Virus record (IMG/VR): IMGVR_UViG_3300044695_007092
Location: 11,321 to 75,320 of that record
Length of the DNA stretch: 64,000 nt
Direction: 5' to 3' (one strand)
From: a virus
A program made the translations under genes and the position numbers. The notes under the pieces were generated by a model, which saw only the letters and a list, made by a program, of their open reading frames with translations, searched no databases and was not told the DNA's origin. This document shows positions 38,114 through 48,565 of the stretch, one piece after another (the stretch's first letter is position 1; each line of letters opens with the position of its first letter).

Positions 38114-39304
38114 ATGGCCAAGAAGAAAGTAGACTTAGCACAGAGCACATTCACTGATTTTTTCTCCACACAGATTAGTTCATCTCAGAACAATATAGGA
38201 AGAAGCGACATATACATGGGCGACGAGTCCCAAGCTGTCGTAATAGGTATTCCTCTTAAGGCTTTTAGCCTTAGGTACTTCTTTCAAAATGATTGTTTTC
38301 CTTTGTCCAGAATGACCGAGCTGTATGGGCCTAGCGGTTCATGCAAGACGGCATTACTGTTTGAGATGTTCAAGTGGCATGTGGATTTTTCTGGAGGTTA
38401 TGTCTACAACCTTACTGAAGCCAGGGATACCCCTGACCTTAGATCAAGTATAATAGGTCATGAAAAAGATAAAGGGTTTCCAACAAACCTATGCGGGTCT
38501 GTAGAAGAGTGGCAGAGAAGTATTACCTTGTGGCTGAAGCAGGGTAGAAAACTATGGCCTAATCTTGGAGGCTGTCCTTTTCCAGTTGCTATTGGGGTAG
38601 ACTCCTTGACCGGAGTAACAACCGAGTCAGACATCAGCGACATATGGGAAAAGAACCACGCCTCTATCGGATTTGCAAAAGGTGCTAATCTTATTAACAC
38701 TTACTGCAAGTTCCTATTCAACGAGCTAAGAGTATGGCCGTTCAGCTTCATAGGCATTAATCACGTAAAGGTATCTAAGGATGCAAGAGGGTTTACCATA
38801 AAAAGGGTACCCGGCGGCGATGCCTTGACATACCATGCCACCATGAAGATATATACAAATCTTAAAGATAAGATAGAAAAGCTTAAAGAGTCTGTAAGAG
38901 TTGTAGAGCTCTCTATGGAAAAGAACTCCTTAAGCAACGCAGGAGAAAACAGAGTCATAACCGTATCCATGAAATGGAGCGTTGATGATGAAGGTAAGCA
39001 ACATACTTTATGGGATTGGCACGAGGCTACAATAGCAACCATACTCTCTATGTCAGCTACCTTGAAAGGTAAAGCTTGCGACCTCCTAGGTCTTGATAAC
39101 ATAGACAAGTCTAGGAAAACAGCAGACTGCTCAGCTCTAGGCCTTACTAAGGCTAGCTGGACAGAGATAGGACAAGCTATAGAAGACAACAATGATTTAA
39201 GAGAAGCGTTAGATAAGATGCACGGTATCAGAAAAAGAACTCCATTTAAAATTGGAGTTCCATACTGTGATCAGATGTCTGGCGATTACGAAAGGGATGA
39301 GTAA
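38114..39304 (+). CDS. RecA/UvsX-like recombinase
   Basis: TELYGPSGSCKT, GVDSL, FIGINH, PGGDALTYHA, MEKN. Confidence 0.85.
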   Translation: MAKKKVDLAQSTFTDFFSTQISSSQNNIGRSDIYMGDESQAVVIGIPLKAFSLRYFFQNDCFPLSRMTELYGPSGSCKTALLFEMFKWHVDFSGGYVYNLTEARDTPDLRSSIIGHEKDKGFPTNLCGSVEEWQRSITLWLKQGRKLWPNLGGCPFPVAIGVDSLTGVTTESDISDIWEKNHASIGFAKGANLINTYCKFLFNELRVWPFSFIGINHVKVSKDARGFTIKRVPGGDALTYHATMKIYTNLKDKIEKLKESVRVVELSMEKNSLSNAGENRVITVSMKWSVDDEGKQHTLWDWHEATIATILSMSATLKGKACDLLGLDNIDKSRKTADCSALGLTKASWTEIGQAIEDNNDLREALDKMHGIRKRTPFKIGVPYCDQMSGDYERDE

Positions 39305-39863
39305 TATGTTAGACGAAAAGAATGAATTCTTTAAAGACAGGCCATTCGGCATAGACTCAGAGGACACGTCCTCTGAGCTTGCCGTAAGTGTTCTTCTTAA
39401 AAGATTTCCTACAATAGGTTCCCTCAAAGAGTTAAAAACCGCCTGTAAATCCCAAACGTCATCCTCTAGGGTGACGTTATCATGGCTTTCTGAAGAGTTT
39501 CCTAGTTTCCCAGTAAGGATGGCTTATAAGAAAGTTCCGTGGGTGAGGGATATGTGGGATGGTCTTTATAATAGGTTTAAAAAGACAGATCTTTATTCAT
39601 CATGGAAGGAGGAAGAAGATAACTGGAAGTTATTGTCTGAAGAAGAATACTTGGTCAAACCGATGGCTGTAGTTTTTAATTGGCCAAAATGGAAGATGTG
39701 TTGTATGCATAACTGCGAATCAACAAGATTCGGCGGTGTTTTATTAAACTCTTCCTATGGCAAGACAAGCGACGTCCTAAAGATAGTCAGAGTAATATCT
39801 GGAGAAACCTTTGTTATCGAGCCGTTCGATCAGTTTCTCGGAAATGTAAGTTGGTCTAAGTGA
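39297..39863 (+). CDS. Hypothetical protein
   Basis: Coupled ORF. Confidence 0.55.
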   Translation: MSNMLDEKNEFFKDRPFGIDSEDTSSELAVSVLLKRFPTIGSLKELKTACKSQTSSSRVTLSWLSEEFPSFPVRMAYKKVPWVRDMWDGLYNRFKKTDLYSSWKEEEDNWKLLSEEEYLVKPMAVVFNWPKWKMCCMHNCESTRFGGVLLNSSYGKTSDVLKIVRVISGETFVIEPFDQFLGNVSWSK

Positions 39864-39878
39864 CTAGAAAGGTCAATC

Positions 39879-40271
39879 ATGCAAGACAATAAGAATCTAT
39901 CAGTGCAGCTTTATAAGTCTCTTCATCTACCCTGCACGGCTGATAGCTCGCAGACTACTAACGTTACTAACTCAGATCGATACCTAGAAGTTCAGGTAGT
40001 TTATCTTCCTGACTGCTGCCCCAAGCTTTCTTCAGAAGAAAGGCTGAGACGGGAAAACGTAGATAGGGACTGGTTTAAAACATTGATGGATCTCAATCCT
40101 AATATTGATAATCTATCAAATGTTGTAGACGCAGCTGCTAAGGCCTTCATAGAAACCGTTAAGCCTATTAACCTAGGTATCTCGGTGGTGCTTAGCGGCA
40201 CTGCTGACAAGAATGAGTTTTGTACTAAGTCCGTTACCTATAATTGGGACAGGGATGTAACAGATGCATAG
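39879..40271 (+). CDS. Divergent QueF-like T-fold protein
   Basis: LPC...D.YLEVQVVYLPD and AFIETVKPINLGISV resemble QueF SLCP..PDFATIYISYIPD and DLIELMDPRYIEV. Confidence 0.35.
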   Translation: MQDNKNLSVQLYKSLHLPCTADSSQTTNVTNSDRYLEVQVVYLPDCCPKLSSEERLRRENVDRDWFKTLMDLNPNIDNLSNVVDAAAKAFIETVKPINLGISVVLSGTADKNEFCTKSVTYNWDRDVTDA

Positions 40272-41436
40272 ACCAGACGGAAGTAACTCGGATTCCTTAG
40301 CTGTTTCAGTAAAAGGACTTATGTTCAATAGTACTGAATACAATAAGCTTTTAGATTTCCTAGCAGATCAGGAAAGGGTTACTGAGTCTTGGCTTATAGA
40401 CGACGAGTCTCAGATAGCTCTTACTCGAAAAGGTAAGACTGTAGGAGGCGATAAGATGTCCTGGTTGGCGCTACGCCAGATCTGTAAGAATCTATCTTCA
40501 GGTCTGGCGTCTTCTTTATCCGATCTTATAGGCCTTAAAAGGGCCGTAGACGATATGGATAGGCCTCCCAAGATGATAGCAGACCCTGATGATGACTTCA
40601 CAATAGGTGAAGCGGCTACTCTTTACAACCTTGCTCTGAAAAAGAGATTTGGAAGGCTCTTCGGCTTCCAGGTAGTCAGGAATACAGAGACAAAGGTAAT
40701 AGAGGCAGTTGTAGGTGCAAAGTATAGACGAATATCCAATAACGACTTTCTATCTGCCGTTTCTAACATCATAGAGTCTTTGGACCTCAAGTTTCAATTC
40801 AGGTCTGCGTCTATGTACGACAGAAAAATGTCTATGATATATACGTTAAAAGATTACGAAGACTGCGCCCTAACTCCAGGCCTGCTAATAAGTAACAGCG
40901 AAATAGGTGATGCGGCTATAAAGGCAACTATAGTACTGATCGACAGTACAGATGCTATTATGTCAGCACCCTATGGTAAACTTGGTCGTGTGGCTCATTC
41001 AGGAAGAGATTTATTAGGTAAGCTGTCTCAACTCATAACTGGTGTAACATCCAGACTCACTAATAACACTTTTACCAAAGACGGCCTTAATAAGCGTGTG
41101 GAAAGCAATAAGGCTAAGTCTTTAGGGTTTAAGGGAGAAGGCGAGGACGAGGAAAGATTTAAACAGCTAATAGAATTCCTAACTGATAGATGTGACATGA
41201 ATTATATGACGGCCAAGAGGTGTCTTGCTAAGACCCTTGCTGGAACTGATTTGGAGAAAGGCACATTCTCCATGTTAGAACGGTCTACGACTTGGCCAAA
41301 GAGGTCTACTATGTGCTTGGTTGAGGTAATTACCAGAGAATGCAGAGATCATCTACTTTTGGGCTTCTTTCCTAAGGAAAGACTTGAAAGGCTAGCCTGG
41401 TCTCTGTTTTTCAATAAATTATCCGTACCGGATTAG
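40264..41436 (+). CDS. DUF932-like phage protein
   Basis: VRNTETKVIEAVVGAKYRRISN, GLLISNSEIG, VAHSG. Confidence 0.6.
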   Translation: MHRPDGSNSDSLAVSVKGLMFNSTEYNKLLDFLADQERVTESWLIDDESQIALTRKGKTVGGDKMSWLALRQICKNLSSGLASSLSDLIGLKRAVDDMDRPPKMIADPDDDFTIGEAATLYNLALKKRFGRLFGFQVVRNTETKVIEAVVGAKYRRISNNDFLSAVSNIIESLDLKFQFRSASMYDRKMSMIYTLKDYEDCALTPGLLISNSEIGDAAIKATIVLIDSTDAIMSAPYGKLGRVAHSGRDLLGKLSQLITGVTSRLTNNTFTKDGLNKRVESNKAKSLGFKGEGEDEERFKQLIEFLTDRCDMNYMTAKRCLAKTLAGTDLEKGTFSMLERSTTWPKRSTMCLVEVITRECRDHLLLGFFPKERLERLAWSLFFNKLSVPD

Positions 41437-41470
41437 CCGGATGGTAACTTTTTTCACATTGAGGTGTAAC

Positions 41471-42385
41471 ATGACAGATAAATTTGTGGCCTTAAGTAAA
41501 ACAACTACAGCAGCAGTTAACCCCCATGATATTGAGGATAAACTGAGCGAAGATGTATCAGAGCTTACAAAAGCTGAGCTTGATTTAAGAAAGAAAGCAA
41601 TAGATGGCATGGATGAAAATCTAAAGTCTATCTACGAAGAAGAGATGGAAGCGTATAAGAACCATAGGGGTGATATCGTTAGCTTCAACTATGATCGCGG
41701 CTTGGTAGCTGCAGAAGTAAATCGCAATCCCTCTTATGGCGCCGCAGCAGTTGATCTCTTATCCACTGCACTAGGAGTAGATCGTTCTACGGTTTATAAA
41801 ACCATTAGATTCAGCAATATGTACAGCACCAAGAACGACTTGGATAGCGTATTGAAAAAGGCTGAGGGTAATGGCATTACTCTTACATGGTCTCACTTTG
41901 CCACTGTCTTACATATTCCAGAGACAGAAGATTCGACAGATCCTCACGAAGATCGTCGTAAGATGATTGATACTGCTATAGAAAATAAGCTTTCTGTAAG
42001 GGCACTCGCTGCTGAAGTAAAGCTTGTTTACGGTAATAAGACCTCTAAGAAGGCAAGCACTGCTAGAGCTAATGTAAAATCTTTGTTTAAGCAGCTTGAG
42101 GGCGGTAACACAAGGTTTGCAGTAAAGATTAAGAAAAAGGCAGAAGAGCTCATTAATGACTTTGATGAAGCGGTAGAGACAGGCTCAGCTGAAGATATCA
42201 AGTCTTATCTTGAGAGGTCTGAAGGCCTTAGATCTAGCTTAGAAGGTTTAATAGACCTATTGGAAAGGGTAAAGTCCTTTATAGCAAAGTTTCCAGCCAA
42301 GATTCATGCCACAGCCTCCGATCGTAAAAAGATCGCTGATACAAGGGATGAGTCTGACACAAAGAAACATAAGATCTCAAAGTAA
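41471..42385 (+). CDS. DUF1016 N-terminal (YhcG-N)-like DNA-binding protein
   Basis: YGAAAVDLLS, LTWSHF, AIENKLSVRAL. Confidence 0.6.
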   Translation: MTDKFVALSKTTTAAVNPHDIEDKLSEDVSELTKAELDLRKKAIDGMDENLKSIYEEEMEAYKNHRGDIVSFNYDRGLVAAEVNRNPSYGAAAVDLLSTALGVDRSTVYKTIRFSNMYSTKNDLDSVLKKAEGNGITLTWSHFATVLHIPETEDSTDPHEDRRKMIDTAIENKLSVRALAAEVKLVYGNKTSKKASTARANVKSLFKQLEGGNTRFAVKIKKKAEELINDFDEAVETGSAEDIKSYLERSEGLRSSLEGLIDLLERVKSFIAKFPAKIHATASDRKKIADTRDESDTKKHKISK

Positions 42386-43077
42386 TGTCAACCACCATAT
42401 GCTGTTTAATTTACGGCGATTATCCAAAGCTCGCTGATAGGTGCCTTAGGCCTATCAGCGAGCTTTATAAACATGGCGTCGAAGTTAGGATTGGATGTAA
42501 TGACATGTCCAAGGCCACTGAAGACGTAATTAACCAACTGTTCTCTCCATCAGATAATCTAACGGTAATAAAGAACAGCCCTCAGATATATAAGTACCCA
42601 ATGATGAGAAAGCTATTTAATTGCAAGCCAATAGTGACCGACAAGGTTATGTGGTTTGATGATGATAGCTATATAAAAGACCCTAATCCAGTAGCCTGGC
42701 TCAAGTCTGTAGAGTCCCTAATGATAGACAAGAAGGCTGATATGATAGGGTCGCTATACCATATACCTGTATCCCCTAAACAAAAAGAGTGGAGACGTCT
42801 CCACTGTTCTTGGTTTAAGGTAGGCATGCATACCGGCAAGACATTGTTTGCTACTGGCGGATGGTGGGCAATAAGTACTAATGTGTTAGTACAGTACGAC
42901 TGGCCACATCCACTTTTAAAGCATAGAGGCGGTGATGTATTGCTAGGAGAGCTTATGAGGCACGCATCTTTGAACTTGGTAAAGTTCAACAACGGTGTAG
43001 CCATAAACGCGGATAACGACGGAAAAGAGTCAGCATCTAAAAGACGAGGATACGACGAGCCTCCAATAGGTTCCTAA
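42385..43077 (+). CDS. Glycosyltransferase (GT-A)
   Basis: MWFDDDSY DxD, FATGGWWA, GGDVLLG. Confidence 0.7.
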   Translation: MSTTICCLIYGDYPKLADRCLRPISELYKHGVEVRIGCNDMSKATEDVINQLFSPSDNLTVIKNSPQIYKYPMMRKLFNCKPIVTDKVMWFDDDSYIKDPNPVAWLKSVESLMIDKKADMIGSLYHIPVSPKQKEWRRLHCSWFKVGMHTGKTLFATGGWWAISTNVLVQYDWPHPLLKHRGGDVLLGELMRHASLNLVKFNNGVAINADNDGKESASKRRGYDEPPIGS

Positions 43078-43094
43078 TATGATTGGAGTTAATC

Positions 43095-44036
43095 ATGGCA
43101 AAAAAGGATTTAGAGCATGAAAAGATTAAAGTGTCTATCAGGAAGATACAGGACGTGCGTCAACGAGTTATTGATTGTCTTCGTCCTTTTATTGGCGGCA
43201 CTATTACTGGCGATATGTTTGATAGGGCTGTTGCTGCTTTATCGTTCTCTGTTCCAAAGTCCTGCCTCAACATTACCTGCAGTCAGGATATGCTATCAAA
43301 GTTCACAAGACAGCCTATTACTTCAAAAGATGTAAGAATGATGTCTGCAAGGATAGCCGGAAACCTAGACTTTATAATGCAGGGCAACCCCTTATACGAT
43401 AACGACTGGAAGTCTAGATCTGATTGGGGTCTTATGCAGGTATTTGGTGTAGAGAAGGCTGTGCGAACGTTTAAAGATGGTAACAGTCAGGCAGGGGCCT
43501 GGATGGATATAGACATACACTCTGGGCCAGCCAGCGGTCATAAGATAAAAAAGTTCTGGTCAAATGATATGTTTAGCTTTGCTAGATATAGACTTGGCTT
43601 CAGTTACCCTATTACATCTCCAACCTCTAGAGCTGTATGTAGTTATCCTTTTTTAGATGAGTCCTATGTATTCGGCTTATACTTTCTAGGCTACTTTGAC
43701 CATCTAGCGCTTAGAGGGGATAGACCAGAGTATACTAAATTTGTATGCACAGACTATTTAGTAGAGGCTAATAGAAAGCTTTTGAGGAAAAGGTTAAGGG
43801 CTATTCATAACGATGGAGACTTTAAATGCCCTATGAATATGCCTTCTTCAACTCATTGCCATAAGTGCCCTGCTGGAGTAGATAGGTGTGAAGCTGCGGT
43901 AAAACGTAAGTCATATATATCTGGAGACTGCAAAAAATGCGGGAAGTTATCATGGATAGATCCTGATAAGCCTGACTCTTGCATTAATTGTGTTTACTCG
44001 TTAAGCTTACACGTAATTCATAAGTCAAAAGACTAG
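43095..44036 (+). CDS. Hypothetical protein with Cys-rich C-terminus
   Basis: CP...CHKC...C, CKKC, CINC. Confidence 0.6.
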   Translation: MAKKDLEHEKIKVSIRKIQDVRQRVIDCLRPFIGGTITGDMFDRAVAALSFSVPKSCLNITCSQDMLSKFTRQPITSKDVRMMSARIAGNLDFIMQGNPLYDNDWKSRSDWGLMQVFGVEKAVRTFKDGNSQAGAWMDIDIHSGPASGHKIKKFWSNDMFSFARYRLGFSYPITSPTSRAVCSYPFLDESYVFGLYFLGYFDHLALRGDRPEYTKFVCTDYLVEANRKLLRKRLRAIHNDGDFKCPMNMPSSTHCHKCPAGVDRCEAAVKRKSYISGDCKKCGKLSWIDPDKPDSCINCVYSLSLHVIHKSKD

Positions 44037-44079
44037 AAAGACAGTATGCATCACTTTATAAGGAAAGGGACTACATAAC

Positions 44080-44577
44080 GTGGCTACCAATATATTGGGT
44101 CATGTGGACAAGAGAAGGTATAACCCAAGCCGAGACATAGCTTATTGCTGGCCCTGGATAATGAGGGCATCTATGGATAGGGTTACATCTGGAACAGGAG
44201 AGCCTTGGGCATTAAAGGTAATAGAAAAGTACAATATCAGTAATGAAGAGCTCGTAAAAGTGGCCAAATGCCTGGCCTCTTTTATGGCGCTATGCAATAA
44301 ACCAGAAGAATCTCCATCCAATCCAAAAGATGCAGTCGAGGCCAGCGGCCTTTTCGATTGCAGCGAAGAAGCCAGATTACTAGTTTTATCAGCCATGGGT
44401 GAAACCATGTTGGCTGCTTTCTTTTTAGCTATCAGAGACGTTCTGGTTGAGGATGAACCATCGCCTCTTAATGATAAAAGGTTTGCAGAACTAGTACAGG
44501 CTTCTATGGATAAACTTTGTTTAAGGAACGAATCATTTTTCAGACGTACTCTGAGAAAGATAAGGTCCTGGTTCTAA
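44080..44577 (+). CDS. Hypothetical protein
   Basis: GTG start after AAGGGA. Confidence 0.55.
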   Translation: MATNILGHVDKRRYNPSRDIAYCWPWIMRASMDRVTSGTGEPWALKVIEKYNISNEELVKVAKCLASFMALCNKPEESPSNPKDAVEASGLFDCSEEARLLVLSAMGETMLAAFFLAIRDVLVEDEPSPLNDKRFAELVQASMDKLCLRNESFFRRTLRKIRSWF

Positions 44578-44592
44578 TATGATTGGATAGTC

Positions 44593-45369
44593 ATGGATGA
44601 CGGTAGTATATGGTTATTGCAGACGATTTCTAAATTAGGCCCTCTACCTGTAAACTATTTAGTATTTGATATAGAGTCCACAGGGCTAGATCTCAAAAAC
44701 GACATAGTCGTTCAGCTTGGTTATGCAGTCGTAGTGGATAAGAAGCTTGTAGACTGCTCTTATTACATACCAGACTGGACGCACGACAGGGATCATCACT
44801 TCTGTGAGTGGCTTGAAAATAGAATGCTATCTACAAAGAAGAGCATGGACGCCAGAGCCCCTGGCCAGCCGTCTATGTATAAGCACAGCACTGCCAGAAT
44901 GAAGTCACACGGCGTCCCCGTACAGGAGGCCTTTAATAACTTCATGGATATCGTAAGGATATGCAAATCCCACAACTTCAGCCTTATAGCCCACAATGGT
45001 TTAAAGTTTGACCAACCTATGCTTAATAATAATATTAAGCAAGTACTTGGAGATCATGAGTCATTTGAGTTTGAAAAAATGGGAATAGGCTACTTTGATA
45101 CCATGGGCCTCGAAAGAGGGCTATATAGCAGAATACAGCCTTATCCTGAAGATAGTTGGATGAGCTTCACAGGGCGGCTTGTAAAAGAAGGAGGAAAAAT
45201 ATATTCTTCTTTGGATAGGCACTGTGCGAATAAGTACAATTTAATAAATAAATATAATATGAGTGGTAGTGCTCATGAAGCTGACTTTGATTGTAAACTT
45301 ACACACTATCTTTTTGAAGAATATAGAAGCATGTGCGAAAAGGCCAAAAGTAACTTACTGAAAGCATAG
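44593..45369 (+). CDS. DEDDh 3'-5' exonuclease (DnaQ-like)
   Basis: FDIESTGL, AHNGLKFD, AHEADFD. Confidence 0.88.
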   Translation: MDDGSIWLLQTISKLGPLPVNYLVFDIESTGLDLKNDIVVQLGYAVVVDKKLVDCSYYIPDWTHDRDHHFCEWLENRMLSTKKSMDARAPGQPSMYKHSTARMKSHGVPVQEAFNNFMDIVRICKSHNFSLIAHNGLKFDQPMLNNNIKQVLGDHESFEFEKMGIGYFDTMGLERGLYSRIQPYPEDSWMSFTGRLVKEGGKIYSSLDRHCANKYNLINKYNMSGSAHEADFDCKLTHYLFEEYRSMCEKAKSNLLKA

Positions 45370-45371
45370 AC

Positions 45372-46013
45372 ATGAAATTAAATGTAGAGAAGTACCCAGA
45401 AGAACTAGGCGAAAAGGTTTCTAATGGAAGAGTAGAAGGTACTAAGACCGTACTGGGATTAGACCTTGGAACAAACTGTGGTTACTCTTATTGCTTCATA
45501 CATAATAAGCTTGGTGATAAGCCTAGAATATATGCGGGGCAGCTAGACCTATCAGCCGGCCCTTATGACTCTGGAGCTATAAGGTTTCTAAGGCTAAGGC
45601 ATTTCTTATCAGCAATTAAGCCCGATCTTATAGCTTATGAAGATGTAAGATATACTCCTTCGGTAAAGGGGTTTATGAGCGCAGGTGCTCTACTAGCAAG
45701 AGCTGCTCCAGCTTGCGAGTGGTTCGGTGCATTAAAGGCTACCGTAAGCACATGGGCAGAAGAAAACGGAGTTCCGTGCACAGGTATACCTATTGGATCA
45801 ATAAAGAAAAGGGCCACAGGAAAGGGCAATGCTAATAAGGTAGATATCATCAAGGCCTGTAATAATGAATTCGGATTTGATTTTGATCACGAAGGCTATG
45901 AGTCCTCTGGTGCAGACAACGTAGCCGATTCTGTATACGTATGCACTCTTGCAGTAGAGTCATATGGTTTAGGGTTTAACCCAGAAAGAGAGAATGAGGA
46001 TGCACGTCAATAA
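45372..46013 (+). CDS. RuvC-like Holliday junction resolvase
   Basis: LGLDLGTNCG, IAYED, IKKRATGKGNANK, DNVADS. Confidence 0.85.
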   Translation: MKLNVEKYPEELGEKVSNGRVEGTKTVLGLDLGTNCGYSYCFIHNKLGDKPRIYAGQLDLSAGPYDSGAIRFLRLRHFLSAIKPDLIAYEDVRYTPSVKGFMSAGALLARAAPACEWFGALKATVSTWAEENGVPCTGIPIGSIKKRATGKGNANKVDIIKACNNEFGFDFDHEGYESSGADNVADSVYVCTLAVESYGLGFNPERENEDARQ

Positions 46014-46950
46014 TAGTAAGGTATCTCACGCAGTAAAAGATTCTTTAAGATCAGTCCTTATCGAGCAAGCTAACGGTCCCGGCAGCCTATACTTTATGGA
46101 TGCTCTTAAGCTGGCTAGAATGTTAGAGAAGGCCGCACTAGATGACATACAAGCTAAAGCTACGGCTATGGGCGCTAGTGCGGAGGCTGTTGATAAGCTA
46201 AAGCGCGATATAGTTTACATGGCTAAGTCGAATCCCATAGAAAACTATAGGATATCCAAAGCTTGTAGCAAAGCTTCAAAGTATCTATCCGACTCAGCTA
46301 GCAAAGAAGACGACATTGAAAAAGAAATTCCAAAGTGCAAGCCCCTGTATAACAGAGAAAAGTACATGCAGAGGTTTGATGCCGGGTTTGACAACGAAGA
46401 GCTGATTAGCTCTAGCGTACCTAATTTGTTTGTGGGTAAGAGAGAAGACTTAGATGTAGTTATCAGTTACATATTAGACAGGTGCGAGATCAACGAGAAC
46501 TGTTGTCTACATCTTAGTCTTAAGAGTTTCAACAAGAAGCTTAATAAGAACTACAAAAAGCTAAGGCCAGAGGAGTGGGAGGGTAAGCTAAAATCTAGAA
46601 ACTCATCAGGAATGAAAAGCCTACTTGCTATTGGTAGTAAGCTTAAACCTTTAGAAGTACTTGTAGTGGACGAACTGAGCGTAGGCTACGGCCCATCAGA
46701 AAAAGAATACTCTAATCTTAAAAAAGCACACATGTGCTATAACAATTGCAGCCTTAGCACCTGCGCTAGAGGGGTTGTTCTTTTGGCTTTCCAAGAAGCA
46801 GACTCAGCTGATAAGGTTAAAGATGCTGCAGCCATTACCTCAATGGTTGATAAGTCTAGATACTACGAATGCCTGTCAGACGGCAAGAATGTATTTTTGA
46901 GAGATAAAAACTGTAACGTAGTCCTGACAATATGTAAGGATAAGGAATGA
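45994..46950 (+). CDS. Hypothetical protein
   Basis: Long coupled ORF; VLVVDEL is Walker-B-like but no Walker A seen. Confidence 0.55.
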   Translation: MRMHVNNSKVSHAVKDSLRSVLIEQANGPGSLYFMDALKLARMLEKAALDDIQAKATAMGASAEAVDKLKRDIVYMAKSNPIENYRISKACSKASKYLSDSASKEDDIEKEIPKCKPLYNREKYMQRFDAGFDNEELISSSVPNLFVGKREDLDVVISYILDRCEINENCCLHLSLKSFNKKLNKNYKKLRPEEWEGKLKSRNSSGMKSLLAIGSKLKPLEVLVVDELSVGYGPSEKEYSNLKKAHMCYNNCSLSTCARGVVLLAFQEADSADKVKDAAAITSMVDKSRYYECLSDGKNVFLRDKNCNVVLTICKDKE

Positions 46951-47612
46951 AAAACCAAAGATTATCTCAAGAGATAGTAGAGAGCTACTTAGAATCTATA
47001 CCAGATGTAGAGCTCACAGGCAAAGTACCAGTCGAAGAAGGTATAAAAGACGTGGGGCTTGACTCTCCTTCCATGGAAGAGCTCAAGAAGATGCCCGCCC
47101 TTAAAAGGGTAGACCTTTCTGATTCTCTGTCTAGCCTGTCTAACGACTTTGTATTTTTTAACCATACTATGCTCTTTTCGAAAGGTGGGTTAGACTTCGA
47201 TCCGCTTACTGAATATCAGGGCTGGTGCGGAAAGGACAGTGTCGTAAATTACATGGTGTTCAATAGGCAGATATTTGATAATTTTGACTTTCCAGATAGA
47301 AGCGGAGGTCATGATAAACTGTTAGCTTTCACCTCCATTGAGCACTGGCCTGTAATAGAAAGGGCCATTGGTCATTTAACTATTCTTAACCGAAGTAAGG
47401 ATTACATGTTTCTTTGTGAGGCGGTTAAGGTTAAGATACCTGACCCTAAGAAGCCTACTATGTTCATAGAGCCTTATGTATGGAATCTAAAAGGATCGGT
47501 ATGCAGTTGGACGTGTTCTGGATATCCAGTACCTCGGCTGGTTAAAAAACCAGCTGATTATGAAGCAAAAAGATTAATGAGAGCTATAAATAATGAACCA
47601 CTTGACCCCTGA
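46947..47612 (+). CDS. Hypothetical protein
   Basis: ATGA coupling. Confidence 0.55.
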   Translation: MKNQRLSQEIVESYLESIPDVELTGKVPVEEGIKDVGLDSPSMEELKKMPALKRVDLSDSLSSLSNDFVFFNHTMLFSKGGLDFDPLTEYQGWCGKDSVVNYMVFNRQIFDNFDFPDRSGGHDKLLAFTSIEHWPVIERAIGHLTILNRSKDYMFLCEAVKVKIPDPKKPTMFIEPYVWNLKGSVCSWTCSGYPVPRLVKKPADYEAKRLMRAINNEPLDP

Positions 47613-47892
47613 AAGAAGACTGTTAAAGACGAAGACCTTCGTAGAGGAGCGTATCTACGAAAGGCCAGCTGGAGCGGCGCCAGACGATTGGCGTCTTGTA
47701 AAAGTCACTGATCCTATAGATGACACTATAAACGAATGGGTAGCAAATAATAGAGTTACCATCGTTAGCACCTCTCCACCGGGTATTAATAGCAGGTGGC
47801 TGGACAAGGACATGACTAGCAGGGCAGTTTTGATAGCCCTGACAATCATCTATGAAGGCGACAACAATGCACAATGGCCAGAACGAGTCTGA
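47593..47892 (+). CDS. Hypothetical protein
   Basis: Coupled ORF. Confidence 0.5.
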   Translation: MNHLTPERRLLKTKTFVEERIYERPAGAAPDDWRLVKVTDPIDDTINEWVANNRVTIVSTSPPGINSRWLDKDMTSRAVLIALTIIYEGDNNAQWPERV

Positions 47893-48211
47893 GCCCAGTC
47901 AGGAAGATATTACTGATAAAAAGTTTTATCTTATGATTGTGCCTGCGCACGGAAAGCCGGAATGCAAGGAGTTTACTTTAAAGGACGACCTTGTTTCCGA
48001 GCTTAGGGCCCTATCTAAGAAGAGGGTGTCCTGTCACGTATTTGAAGGTCAAAGGTGGCACATATCTTTGCCTCCAAGAAAACTCATTTCTCCAGACGGT
48101 ACGGTAGATGCGGACCTGTCGCACAACCCAGAGACGGTATCAATCGATATTGAAGGGTACCTTTTTGACGACCCAGAAGTAATCGATGACGACGAAGACT
48201 TTGATATTTAG
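47852..48211 (+). CDS. Hypothetical protein with acidic tail
   Basis: Coupled ORF. Confidence 0.5.
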   Translation: MKATTMHNGQNESEPSQEDITDKKFYLMIVPAHGKPECKEFTLKDDLVSELRALSKKRVSCHVFEGQRWHISLPPRKLISPDGTVDADLSHNPETVSIDIEGYLFDDPEVIDDDEDFDI

Positions 48212-48227
48212 AGACAATTCTTAGCCC

Positions 48228-48255
48228 TAAATTCGGGCCAAAAACGCGTCATAAT
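48228..48255 (+). promoter_or_regulatory. Repeated promoter motif, copy D
   Basis: TAAATT-N16-CATAAT with GCGT preceding CATAAT. Confidence 0.7.
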
Positions 48256-48298
48256 TATATGTTGTCTTATATATGACAACAAGAAAGGAAAGGGTGCC

Positions 48299-48544
48299 AT
48301 GGAGATACTAGGTCTCGCCCTGTTGTTAACCATAGCTTGGGCTGCTTATAGCATCCTCAAGCGGGGTAGAGGTCCAATGCGGCCTTACCTCAAGATAGAC
48401 GGACGACTTAGAGAAGTCGTCCACAGAAAGCGGATAGGCTCTTCGGTCGTGTGTACCGTAAAGCCTTTAGAGAAGGGGTCAAGTAGGCCCCGAGTAATCG
48501 TCCCTGCTGAAGGGGGCGATATTGTCTGGTTACCTAAAAGGTAA
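48299..48544 (+). CDS. Small N-terminally anchored protein
   Basis: Hydrophobic N-terminus; AAAGG RBS. Confidence 0.6.
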   Translation: MEILGLALLLTIAWAAYSILKRGRGPMRPYLKIDGRLREVVHRKRIGSSVVCTVKPLEKGSSRPRVIVPAEGGDIVWLPKR

Positions 48545-48565
48545 CCCATAAGGAGGAGTGGCACG

